From: Bolinopsis microptera | Lineage: Eukaryota | Length of the DNA: 64,000 nt | Assembly: GCF_026151205.1 (NCBI RefSeq) | Contig: NC_087076.1 | Span: 16,389,142 to 16,453,141, forward strand | Reading direction: 5' to 3' | Shown: positions 1 through 10,407 of the stretch, piece by piece | Layout of the letters: each line of letters opens with the position of its first letter | Position numbering within the stretch: the stretch's first letter is position 1 | Translations under genes and position numbers: made by a program | The notes under the pieces: generated by a model | Databases searched by the model: none | Told to the model about the DNA's origin: nothing | The model's input: the letters and a program-made list of their open reading frames with translations, nothing else

Positions 1-220
1 TGGTGCAGGCCACTCCAACGACTAGGAGGAGACCTTTTCAAGTACAAGTAAGTACACGAGATATATAAGTTAACACGAAAAAACGAAGACCAATCGTATG
101 AAATTGAGCATTTACATTGCGCATTCATGATGAAGAAGTGATTTGGTTCATGTAATTATGTTCTTCTTTTCAATTTTGAATCTCAATTGTGAGAACGTAA
201 CTGTAAGATAGATGTCGAGT

Positions 221-313
221 ATACTAACTTGCTCGATGAGGTTGCTACGTATTAAAGTATTAAGCACCACGTGTTATAACAATGTGAACAAACCACTCGC
301 CTTTGTTTTCCAG
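221..313 (+). promoter_or_regulatory. Orphan copy of the conserved sulfotransferase upstream module (..TACTAACTTGCTCGATGAGGTTGCTACGT..CACCACGTG..CCTTTGTTTTCCAG) with no gene downstream
   Basis: About 85% identical to the modules at 692-768, 2699-2777 and 6008-6094. Ends in a polypyrimidine tract + CAG. Contains a CACGTG E-box. Confidence 0.3.
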
Positions 314-691
314 ATCATGTGTGAACTGTGAGATATGATACATTAACATCGGGAACATATTTTCATCAATTGGTTCCTGATGGTTTTGAGTATATTGAAT
401 TTTAACCGAAGACCTAATTTTGTGTTGCCTGGTCGGGTAGGAGTGCAATCATCGGTATTCGACACAGTCTGACATTGGAGGTGACAACATTCCTGCCCTC
501 GACATTCGGCACGTAAGAGTGGAGTAGTAATTCCTCATACAACACTCTCATTTTTGTGGCAATCATACATTATTGAATTCACGAGAAAACATCCAGATTC
601 CAGAACCAATCAATATACATTTTTCAGAAGGTAGAACTACATCACAAAATATTCTGAAAGGCGGATGTTTCGATGTAAACCAAATGTTAAG

Positions 692-768
692 CATACTTGC
701 TCGATGAGGTTGGCTCATACTGAACACCACATTTAATTTACCTAACCTACTCGCCTTTTGTTCTCAAG
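692..768 (+). promoter_or_regulatory. Conserved upstream module ~120 bp 5' of sulfotransferase paralog 1 start codon
   Basis: Shares the block CATACTTGCTCGATGAGGTTG...CGCCTTTTGTTCTCAAG with the other three modules. It sits immediately upstream of the 5' leader of the CDS at 889. Confidence 0.35.
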
Positions 769-888
769 CTCACAATACATTAACAACACAATACATTAAC
801 ATTGGGCACCCTGGGAAGCTTGTTTAGTTCAACAGTTTTCTGTTCAGTTTGTTTTGTGCCTTGCTTTTCATCCGCAATTTTATTGGAT

Positions 889-2172
889 ATGAAGTCAGAA
901 GCTTGGCGACTGATAGCTGCTTTCATCACTGGATGTCTTTGGTTTTCAATCCTTTCTTTTTGCCTTCACCAACCTACTAAACACTCTGGTGAGGTGAAAT
1001 ATTCCAGCAAATTAATAGATGTTGAGACTACAACTCAGAGTATAGCATCTAGTGTACCCCATCGACCGTCTCAAGATCCCGCATTTAATCTCAAACTTAA
1101 TCCAAACAAGAAGTTCATTATTATAGTGGCAGCCTTTCGAAGTGGGTCAACGTTTTTAGGAAACCTGTTCGACAGTAATCCTACGATGCAATACTTGTTC
1201 GAGCCGTTTCACAATGCTCATGTCCGGAACCTCCGTAGAGACAAGTATCTGCTCGGAGCAAGACCTGACCACACGGAGAGTGACTTGAGGATGTTGTATC
1301 TCCAGCAGATGTTACACAACTGTACCATCTACCCCACTCCTTTCCCCGAAAAATATGCTTGGTGTGGTTCGAAAGAGGAGAATTTACTTCGCTTCAATTC
1401 GACTGAGTGCGGAGGAAGAAAGCTACCTGGATCACACCAAGAGATCTGTAGATATCGGGACACTACCGTGATCAAGGTTATAAGACTAGCGGATCTGTCT
1501 GATATCCTGAAAATAGCCCAGATAAGATCAGCGAATGTTAAAATCATCCAGCTCCTAAGACACCCTGTGGCCCTGATGATGTCTAGACGGACTGGTGGTA
1601 AGTTCTTTATGTGGGACATCAGGACTAAGGTTGAGCCCGAACTTCTCGTGGGTGGGGACATCGATCAAAGGCGGATTAAAATTGCTTGGGAGGCGTTCAA
1701 CTACTGTAACAACCATTTGAAGGCTATGGAACTGGTTGAAAGTGATCCTTGGCTGAAAGACAGATACTTGAGAGTCACTCATCATGGAATGTCACTAAAA
1801 CCTCTCGAAACTGCAGAGAAGGTTTACTCATTTATAGGGGCTACTCTAACCGATGATATTAAAGAGTACATTCGAGATATAACCGAGGCCAAATCAGAGG
1901 GTTTTAAAAATGCACCTAAAATGGCTTTAAATGTGTATAGGAATTCTACGGACATTGTAACAAAATGGAAGAAACTGGTCTCGGCCACAGTTAAATATTG
2001 GGACGTTTTCTCCATTGAAGCTCAATGTAAACGGATGTTTAAACCGTTGATTGATGAATTTTCTGTTGACACAATACCAGACTTACAGCTGTTGAAAATA
2101 AACTCTGCATTAGATGAGTTATATGATCAGATTGAAGAAACTGATGAACCTATTTCCATTGATGACGATTGA
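889..2172 (+). CDS. Carbohydrate sulfotransferase (Gal/GlcNAc-6-O-sulfotransferase family) paralog 1, intact single-exon CDS, 427 aa
   Basis: The listed ORF 802-2172 starts at a TTG; the first in-frame ATG (MKSEAWRLIAAF) is at 889. It has a type II N-terminal TM anchor. The 5'-PSB motif is KKFIIIVAAFRSGSTFLGNLFDSN...LFEPFH, and the 3'-PB-like region is LLRHPVALMMSRR, as in CHST-family Golgi sulfotransferases. Confidence 0.8.
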   Translation: MKSEAWRLIAAFITGCLWFSILSFCLHQPTKHSGEVKYSSKLIDVETTTQSIASSVPHRPSQDPAFNLKLNPNKKFIIIVAAFRSGSTFLGNLFDSNPTMQYLFEPFHNAHVRNLRRDKYLLGARPDHTESDLRMLYLQQMLHNCTIYPTPFPEKYAWCGSKEENLLRFNSTECGGRKLPGSHQEICRYRDTTVIKVIRLADLSDILKIAQIRSANVKIIQLLRHPVALMMSRRTGGKFFMWDIRTKVEPELLVGGDIDQRRIKIAWEAFNYCNNHLKAMELVESDPWLKDRYLRVTHHGMSLKPLETAEKVYSFIGATLTDDIKEYIRDITEAKSEGFKNAPKMALNVYRNSTDIVTKWKKLVSATVKYWDVFSIEAQCKRMFKPLIDEFSVDTIPDLQLLKINSALDELYDQIEETDEPISIDDD

Positions 2173-2698
2173 TAAATAAATGACATGATTACATGTATTA
2201 TTTGATATTGAATTAGCTCATTACATTATTGTTTCACATACTGATTTATTTCCCTCTTCCATGCAACACTGTTATACGAATAATGTAAGGTCCTTTATCA
2301 GATAATGCGTTTTTTCCGAAATAATAAACTTGAGACTTCACCTTTTGAATGTAATGAATGATCACAGATAACATAATATGTGAGATTATTACACGAATAA
2401 GAGTGAGCCATCATAAATATTTTCACTACAGTACCTTAAGCAAAAATCTTTATTTTTATTTTATTTGAATTAGATTCGAAAAGTTTTAAAACTGGCACTT
2501 TAATTCTCAATAGCGTAGGATAATATTTTTTAGGGGTTGACATATTACGTAAGCGAAATTTCGGCCGTTTTAGACCCCCTCCCGCATATTCATAATATTT
2601 ATATTTAAATTAATATCATTGAACTGGAGTAAACTAGTACTAATAATTTCAAATATAAGGTGCGACTGTCAAAATTGAATAAGATCTTAAGCCAGAGG

Positions 2699-2777
2699 TA
2701 TACTTGCTCGATGAGGTTGCTACGTGTTCAACACCACGTCATTTAATGTATCTAACCCGCTTGCCTTTGTTTTCCAG
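2699..2777 (+). promoter_or_regulatory. Third copy of sulfotransferase upstream module, followed only by an orphan first-codon fragment
   Basis: TATACTTGCTCGATGAGGTTGCTACGTG...CCTTTGTTTTCCAG; contains ACGTG/CACGTC boxes. Confidence 0.3.
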
Positions 2778-2896
2778 CTCATAATAGATTAACACCTTAG
2801 CACCTTGGAAGACGGATCTCATTGAGTAATTACGTAGGTTGGGTTAATATCGTGTAGATTATTGATACCAATTCCATTGTTTTTCATCTGGAGGAT

Positions 2897-2930
2897 ATGA
2901 AGTCAGAAGCTTGGCGACGGATAGCTGCTT
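2897..2930 (+). pseudogene. Orphan sulfotransferase 5' fragment (first 11 codons MKSEAWRRIAA) detached from any body
   Basis: atgaagtcagaagcttggcgacggatagctgct is nearly identical to the first codons of paralog 1, then the sequence diverges into AT-rich non-coding DNA. Confidence 0.45.
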
Positions 2931-3344
2931 ATGAGCGTTACCGTACCCAAATACAAAATGATACCGATAATGAAATTAATAAAATTGTAATGATTTTAGG
3001 TTTATTACATTAATCACATTTTTTAGAATCTTCTTTAGGTTGCTGTCGGGCTGATACCAAGTGTACCTCAAGTTAAGAGTGGTAAGTACTGTGGCAAACT
3101 TTGGGGAAAAAAGAGATCAAATCATGTCATCCGATCATTGACAATTAATTGGTGATGTGATCCATGGATAGAATTTCATTGACCTAGAAATGGGCTAAAT
3201 CTAGGGTCGAATCTGAACATGACAACTTTTATCTGTACATAGTAGCTACAGACTTAGAAGTAAACACGATATCTATGCTCGATTCTTGTATCTCATAAGG
3301 GAACCTTTGCTAAAGGTATTATATATCAGGGACAAAAGGATTTC

Positions 3345-3545
3345 GCGGCATGTACGAAACCGCGAAATTTCCAATTCTCCGCGACAAATCGCGATTTTTT
3401 ACGTTTTCCGCGACAGATCGCGAAATTTCCCATTCTCCGCGACAAATCGCGATTTTTTCAGTCCTCCGCGAAAAATTGCGCATTTTCCTTTAAATCTGAG
3501 GACCAAATTTGCACATTTTCCTTTAAATCTGAGGACCAAGTTTGC
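3345..3545. repeat. Short tandem repeats: ~35-bp unit (TCTCCGCGACAAATCGCGATTTTTT) x4 then 33-bp unit x2
   Basis: Direct reading of the sequence. The unit contains a small TCGCGA palindrome. The + ORF 3286-3585 is a translation artefact of it. Confidence 0.6.
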
Positions 3546-4138
3546 GTATTTTCCATGCGGGCGGATATATGGACACGTTCATTGAAGTTTGAGGATATTG
3601 GTAAATTTCTAAAATAGCGTTTTCGACGATAGTGGCTTAATTTTAGCATCTATTAATTTAGCGTGTTCATAAGTTCTGAACATTAGCCACGTGACCCATA
3701 CTCCCATATGCACTGCTCAGAAATAAAATGTATTGCTTTTAGGCACTATAATGTAAAAAATGTCACATTTTTGTGACATTGTTCACCATAGCTGCCCAAT
3801 TATCATTCCTTGGTCTGAAATATAGTAGATTAGGTCAATCTAACAATTATGATACAACATTGGTTAAAGGGCACGGATCGAACGGCTTTAAGGCAATATT
3901 TCGTAAACTTTGTCACACTCAGAATACGAGACCTCTTTTCTACTGTGAGGTGTCCTCAAAACCCTTTCAACTCATTATTTGATGGTTCTTCTGCCAATCA
4001 TAGCCCTAAAATATGTTGTTTTGAAAAGTTAGCTAATACATGCACTTGGTTATTGGGAAATGATGTAAATTCTGTCACATTACATGGAATTTGAAATTCT
4101 GGGTGAATTTCCGAAATCATTTATATCTGATTTTGGTT

Positions 4139-4592
4139 TGGAAGGCGGGGAAAACTCTATATATGGACGATACACGGATACAGTTGGTTCAAGTATAGGG
4201 CAGTTGATGTAAACATCGTCACAAAATGATACGACATCGTAAATAGGTTACATTTTGCGGGGAAAATCTATATAAGGACGATACACGGATACAGTTTATT
4301 CAAGTATAGGGCAGTTGTTGTAAACATCGTCACAAAATGATACGACATCGTAAATAGGTTACATTTTGCGGGAAAACTCTATATAAGGACGATACACGGA
4401 TACAGTTGATTCAAGTATAGGGCAGTTGATATAAACATCGTCACAAAATGATACGACATCGTAAATAAGTTAAATTTTGCGGTAAAACTCTATATAAGGA
4501 CGATACACGGATACAGTTGATTCAAGTATAGGGCAGTTGATGTAAACATCGTCACAAAATGATAAGACATCATAAATAGGTTAAATTTGGAA
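4139..4592. repeat. Tandem repeat, ~112-bp unit x4 (GGAAAACTCTATATAAGGACGATACACGGATACAG...)
   Basis: Four head-to-tail copies more than 90% identical. Confidence 0.8.
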
Positions 4593-4639
4593 ACAATGAT
4601 TATAGAATGAAATAGTCTGTGATTAACATATTACATACA

Positions 4640-5900
4640 TTATAAAATGGGCAGGCGTTTTTATATTTCCTGTATCTCTGTATTAATCATTTCGGACTGT
4701 AATTAGGACTGTTCACGTGAAAGAAATTGTATCTAAATTTTACAATGACGTACTCGTATGTGACGAAATTTACATTTCTTGACACTATTTTGAAGAACCA
4801 TACCTCGGTTAGAATTCAATGTTCTTCCAGGAATTATTGGTTGGTTATTGTTTAGCAAAATAGAACTCAAGTTTAACAATGCTGAGTTTAATTTTACTAA
4901 GTTATTGAAATGTGACGAAATTCACTTTTCCTGCCCCAACAGTATAATTTCAATGTGATGAAAAATGGGCATGGGTTTCTATATTTCCTGTATAAATCCA
5001 TTCTAGCTATAATAAGGGCAGTTGATATGAAAGAAAATCTATCTAACTAATGCTATGGCTGATGTGACGAAATTTACATTTCTTGCCCCTATTTTGAAGA
5101 ATCATACCTCAATTAGTATGTAATGTTACTTTATCACCATCACTTTGTCGATAAATTAGTTATTTTGCCAACACGGAGCAAATAAAGTTATAATATTTTT
5201 TTGTGACGAAATTTACAAATTTTTACCCTGTTCAGTTGTCGAAATTTTGCCAATGTTAACATATCACTGCCATATAATAATTTATATGACCGGCCTATGG
5301 TTGAAATATTGTTAATTGATCCATAGTACGTAATATAGGGTGTTTAAGTTGGTATACGTATATTTACTCAATTTCACACATGTTGAGATATCATACAAAT
5401 TTATGTGACTAAATTTACCTATTTCTGCCTTCTGTATTTGTATTTGCCTATAACAATGAATTATGTGAACAATTCCAAACACATTCAGCTCACAAAATAA
5501 TGCTAGACTATTCGGCATTTCTTGTCAGGATGTCATAAACATCCCTCATATAAATTTCTTAAATGTGTGACGGAGTTTACATGGTGCTACCATTTAACGA
5601 AAAAAGTCGCTAAATATGTAGATAATAGTCATATGCAACTATCCTATAAATTTGAAATTCGAAAATTTGGTCAAACACGGCAACAAGGGGTCCATATAAA
5701 CTCTGTCACGTTTTTATAGTGTGACAAAGTTTACAACTCACTGCCGGCCGCATTTAAGCGATATCTTATCGTCTGATAAAGATATCGTTATGCGACAAAG
5801 TTTATCTAGAGGATGAAACGATTATCCTAACCATTGAGGGTTTATATAGTTTTATAGTGTGACACATTTTACATCATCGTGCCATTTAGTAGGGTCACTA
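4640..5900. repeat. Degenerate satellite, ~150-bp period with ~300-bp higher-order unit, each monomer carrying GTGAC(G/A)AA(A/G)TTTACA
   Basis: The motif recurs at 4759, 4909, 5060, 5202, 5405, 5568, 5718, 5791 and 5866. Second landmarks (AAATGGGCAGGCGTTTTTATATTTCCTGTAT) at 4648 and 4961 are ~313 bp apart. Confidence 0.6.
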
Positions 5901-6007
5901 ATATTTACCAATATCCTCAAACTTCAATGAACGTGTCCATATACTAGTGGTCAGATCACTTGGCTCCCCCAAGTCTGCCAGCAGGTGTTTCGACGTAAGC
6001 TGAGGGT

Positions 6008-6094
6008 TAAGCATACTTGTTTGATGAGGCTGTTAGTTGCCACATTCTAAACATTATTTCGAATGTAGCTCACCCGCTTGCCTTTGTTTTCAAG
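6008..6094 (+). promoter_or_regulatory. Upstream module of sulfotransferase paralog 2; followed by a putative 29-bp non-coding exon (6095-6123) and an intron 6124-6249 (GTAAGT...TTATCCAG) ending 9 bp before the ATG
   Basis: The module ends in ..CCTTTGTTTTCAAG. GGGTAAGTG is a donor at 6122-6129, and CTTATCCAG|AATCTGAAT ATG an acceptor at 6241-6261. Confidence 0.35.
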
Positions 6095-6258
6095 CACACA
6101 ATACATCATCATTGCTGAATAGGGTAAGTGCTTTAACAAATCTGTTTCGTTCGAAATTCCCTAGGTTTAGGTTTCCTTAAGCTTTACCAAAGTTTGGGTT
6201 GTATTGATATTGTATCGGTGTATTGATACTAATTTCATTACTTATCCAGAATCTGAAT

Positions 6259-7512
6259 ATGAAGTCAGAAGGTTTGCGCCTGATAGCTGCATTTCTTGCA
6301 GGGTTTCTTTTAGTTCCGCTCCTTTTTCTTTTCTTTGTACAATCTTCAAAAGAGGCAGACACAGAAGAACATGCCAATGGAATCTACAACCCGCCCCAAG
6401 ATCAAGCGTTTAATCTCAAACTCAACCCAAACAAGAAGTTCATAATCGTATTGGCAGCATTTCGGAGTGGGTCTACGTTTTTAGGAAATCTGTTCGACAG
6501 TAATCCTACGTTGCATTACATGTTTGAGCCGTTTCACAGTGCTCATATCCGGAACCTTCGTACCAGAGGTGCTCTATTCGGAGTGAGACCTGACCACACG
6601 GAGAGTGACTTGAGGATGTTGTATCTCCAGCAGATGTTACACAACTGTACCATCTACCTCACTCCATTTCCTGAAAAGCACCAGTGGTGTGGTACCGAAG
6701 AGGAACATCTACATCGCTTCAATTCGACAGAGTGCGTGAGGAAGATGTGGAAGAACGGAGTGTCACAACAAGAGATCTGTAGATACCGGAACACTACCGT
6801 GATCAAGGTTATAAGACTAGAGGATCTGTCTGATATCCTGAAAATAGCCCAGATAAGATCAGCGAATATCCAGATTATCCAGCTCCTAAGACACCCTGTG
6901 CCTTTGATGATGTCTCGACGTACTGGAGGCAAAGCTTTTATGTGGGACGACAGAACTAAAGTCGAACCCGATACTAATAATGGTAGCGACATCACTCACA
7001 GGCGAACCAAAATAGCATGGGAATCGTTTAACTACTGTAACAACCACTTGAAGGCTATGGAGCTGGTTGAAAATGATCCTTGGCTGAAAGACAGATACTT
7101 GAGAGTCACTCATCATGAAATGTCACTTAAACCTCTCGAAACTGCAGAGAAGGTTTACTCATTTATTGGGGCTACTCTAACCGATGGTATTAAAGAGTAC
7201 ATTCGAAATATAACTGAAGCCGAATCAGAAGGGTTTAGAAATGCGCCTACACATGCTTTAAATGTGTACAGGAATTCTACGGATATTGCCACAAAATGGA
7301 AGGAATTGGTCTCGGCAACGGTTAAATATCGGGACGTTTTCACCATTGAAGCTCAGTGTAAACGGATGTTTAAACCATTGATACATGAATTTTCTGTTGA
7401 CACAATACCTGACTTACAGCTGATGAAAATAAACTCAGCATTAGATGTGTTATATGACGAAATTGATTTTGAAGAATCTGATGAACCAGCTATTTCCATA
7501 GATGACAATTGA
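6259..7512 (+). CDS. Carbohydrate sulfotransferase paralog 2, intact single-exon CDS, 417 aa
   Basis: ORF 6223-7512. The homologous start MKSEGLRLIAAF is at 6259. Same 5'-PSB (FIIVLAAFRSGSTFLGNLFDSNPTLHYMFEPFH) and 3'-PB motifs. About 80% aa identity to paralog 1. Confidence 0.8.
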   Translation: MKSEGLRLIAAFLAGFLLVPLLFLFFVQSSKEADTEEHANGIYNPPQDQAFNLKLNPNKKFIIVLAAFRSGSTFLGNLFDSNPTLHYMFEPFHSAHIRNLRTRGALFGVRPDHTESDLRMLYLQQMLHNCTIYLTPFPEKHQWCGTEEEHLHRFNSTECVRKMWKNGVSQQEICRYRNTTVIKVIRLEDLSDILKIAQIRSANIQIIQLLRHPVPLMMSRRTGGKAFMWDDRTKVEPDTNNGSDITHRRTKIAWESFNYCNNHLKAMELVENDPWLKDRYLRVTHHEMSLKPLETAEKVYSFIGATLTDGIKEYIRNITEAESEGFRNAPTHALNVYRNSTDIATKWKELVSATVKYRDVFTIEAQCKRMFKPLIHEFSVDTIPDLQLMKINSALDVLYDEIDFEESDEPAISIDDN

Positions 7513-8149
7513 AAAAGCACTCATATCAGCACTGACTGCATGGAGTTATCAGCTTTAAATAATTAAATGTGTGATTATTTGCTCATCATTATTTATTGTT
7601 TACTATCATACGACATTGATTTTAATTTTAAGTGATGCATAGCCTGGCCAATGACAGTGATGTTAAATATTCTCAAACATGTAATACGTGGAAAATACTT
7701 GTAACATAATTTCACAAAATTTGCCGCATTTTAGAACGAATACTACTACTAGGATTCGATTCTATGTGTGACAAAGTTTACCAAATCTTGCGTTATAACC
7801 GTTACTGTTAGATCCCTGCCATTTTAAAGCAATGAAGTTCTTTGATTGTTAGATTGACCTAATCTCCTGCATTTTAAACTAAAGAATACTAATTGGGCAG
7901 TTATAATTAACGAAGTCACAAAAATGTGACATTTCTAACATCTCAATGCTTAATAACAATACATTTTCTTTCTGTAAAATATTGTAAATACAGACGTATC
8001 TGTATTTCAATTCTGAACAGGCCAGAGAGCGGAATTTTGATACTGTTCAACAATAATGTCAAAGAAAAAGTTATATATTTGCGGTATTTGGGTATTTTAA
8101 AAAAACATTTAAGTTTCTAAAGTCCTTTCTGCATAGTTTTTAATATTAC

Positions 8150-8600
8150 CACTTGTTTTGAACGAACGGAAATTCATGCCTGTCCGCAATAAAATGATTA
8201 AATCGGCGAAGTTGGAATTGGCAAACTCCGTCCAAACGTTGATCTACTCTGAGACCGAGTCCATCCTGAATTCGCTCGCCTAGTTGCTTAGTTGCGTACC
8301 AACATTACATCTTTCATATAGCATATCATTGCTGCTCATCCCTTTTGGCCACTTGATATTCAAGATTGTCCTTAGGTGTCGACGATGAAGTGTATCAATT
8401 TTGTCCATGGTAGCTTTTTTAGGACTCCGACTGTTCGAGTTTTAAAGTAGCACGGATACCACTTGGGCATCATAATGCCTCAGTTTTCTTCCAAGGGATA
8501 TCTTGTTTCCGGATAGCTACACTTTCTCAAACTTTTAAAAGCTAGGGCAGCTAATATTCTTTTCCTTTGAATGTCCAGTATAAAGAAGATACCCCTGGTC
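8150..8600 (-). mobile_element. Degenerate non-LTR retrotransposon fragment (RTE/CR1-like ORF2 C-terminal region)
   Basis: Minus-strand translation gives ..VVSVLLYNS..PKKATMDKIDTLHRRHLRTILNIKWPKGMSSNDMLYERCNVGTQLSN.. This matches the conserved L..FH.RCLR.IL.I.W.D.ISN..L region downstream of RT in RTE/CR1 elements. It contains frameshifts and stops. Confidence 0.45.
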
Positions 8601-9206
8601 TCTTCGTTCATAAAATCATTATTTAATGCTAATGATAATATAAAACGAAAGAAAATCTTAAATTATCTACGTTTAATTCCAGACTTTGAAGATTTGAGGG
8701 CCATTGCTCTTGGTATAGTTACATTGAAGTTATAAATCATCCAGTGCTAAATTTATTTGTAAAAGCTTTGAATTGGGTACTACAACAGATACATTTTCGC
8801 TGTTTTGAAAATATATTTTGTAAATCGATTTAAATTAAAAATTTTAAATCCTCAATATAACGTCGTGTAATTAAAGCATGCTGTGTTGTAATGGACGATT
8901 TAAATGATGAATATTTATTAAAATATTCAAACGCACCCTGGACTCATAATATAGAGGAAAGAGAGCGAAATTTCGAAATAAAAGCTTAAATTTTCAAAAC
9001 ATCGACTCGTTAAACTTACACTCTCACCGCATCTGATGTGTGTAACCCGCTTTGTATTGTTAATGAACAATACGCTAACCGCTAACGTTGGATAGTAGCA
9101 CCCTGATAATCTGCTTAGTTTCTGAGTTGCATAGTTTGTATCCGGTTTAGACAATTATTGATACATTGATATATTTTGTTGTGTTCGTTGGGAACTTCCA
9201 TCAGAT

Positions 9207-10407
9207 ATGAAAACAGGAGACGTGCGACTGATAAATGCTTTTCTTACTGGTTGTGTTTTAGTTATACTGCTTTTCTTTTCCTTCATACAACCTACAAAAG
9301 ACTCTATCGAAGGGGAACATGCCGATGGAATCTACAACCCGCACCAAGATCCTGCTTTTAATCTCAAACTCAACCCAAACAAGAAGTTCATAATCGTATT
9401 GGCAGCATTTCGGAGTGGGTCTACGTTTTTAGGAAATCTGTTCGACAGTAATCCTACGTTGCAGTACATGTTTGAGCCGTTTCACAGTTCTTATATCCGG
9501 AACCTCCGTAGAGACAGGTATCTGCTCGGAGCAAGATCTGACCACACGGAGAGTGACTTGAGGATGTTGTATCTCCAGCAGATGTTACACAACTGTACAG
9601 TCTACCCCACTTTTTTCACCGAAAAATATGCCTATTGTGGTACCAAAGAGGAGAATTTACTTCGCTTCAACTCGACTGAGTGCGAAGGAAGAAAGATACC
9701 CAGATCACACCAAGAGATCTGTAGATACCGGAACACTACCGTGATCAAGGTTATAAGACTAGAGGATCTGTCTGATATCCTGAAAATAGCCCAGATAAGA
9801 TCAGCGAATGTTAAAATCATCCAGCTCCTAAGACACCCTGTGGGACATCAGGACTAAGCTCATGAACAGTAAGAACGAGATCACGGAGAGAAGGACTAAA
9901 ATGGCCTGGGAAGCGTTTAACTACTGTAACAACCATTTGAAGGCTATGGAACTGGTTGAAAGTGATCCTTGGCTGAAAGACAGATACTTGAGAGTCACTC
10001 ATCATGGAATGTCACTTAAACCTCTCGAAGCTGCAGAGAAGGTTTATTCATTTATAGGGGCTACTCTAACCGATGATATTAAAGATTACATTCGAGATAT
10101 AACCGAGGCCAAATCAGAGGGTTTTAAAAATGCACCTAAAGAGGCTTTAAATGTGTACAGGAATTCTACGGACATTGTAACTAAATGGAAGAAACTGGTC
10201 TCGGCCACAGTTAAATATTGGGACGTTTTCTCCATTGAAGCTCAATGTAAACGGATGTTTAAACCGTTGATTGATGAATTTTCTGTTGACACAATACCAG
10301 ACTTACAGCTGTTGAAAATAAACTCCGCATTAGATGAGTTATATGATCAGATTGAAGAAACTGATGAACCTATTTCCATAACCATGATAAATGAATTTAA
10401 TGGATGA
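9207..10407 (+). pseudogene. Carbohydrate sulfotransferase paralog 3, disabled by a 44-bp deletion (frameshift, premature TAA at 9855)
   Basis: ORF 9207-9857 ends RHPVGHQD*. The rest of the protein (TERRTKMAWEAFNYCNNHLKAMELV...) continues in another frame at 9862-10407. Alignment with paralog 1 shows loss of the ccctgatgatgtctagacggactggtggtaagttctttatgtgg segment. Confidence 0.7.

Larger units (their letters stand above)
3568..5951. mobile_element. Putative non-autonomous DNA element: 41-bp terminal inverted repeats (TATGGACACGTTCATTGAAGTTTGAGGATATTGGTAAAT) flanked by TA on both sides, interior filled with satellite
   Basis: Left IR 3566-3607 and right IR 5913-5953 are perfect reverse complements. 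A TA dinucleotide abuts each end, giving a Tc1/mariner-like TA TSD. No transposase ORF is present inside. Confidence 0.3.

Noticed and set aside
802-888. ORF-track start at 802 for sulfotransferase paralog 1
   Set aside because: Codon 802-804 is TTG. The first ATG, and the position homologous to the other paralogs (MKSEAWRLIAAF), is 889.
4640-5900. Regularly spaced ~25-bp repeats separated by ~125-bp unique-looking spacers, superficially CRISPR-like
   Set aside because: The sequence is eukaryotic. The period is ~150 bp with degenerate repeats, and the spacers are themselves related to each other (higher-order 300-bp unit). This is a satellite, not a CRISPR array.
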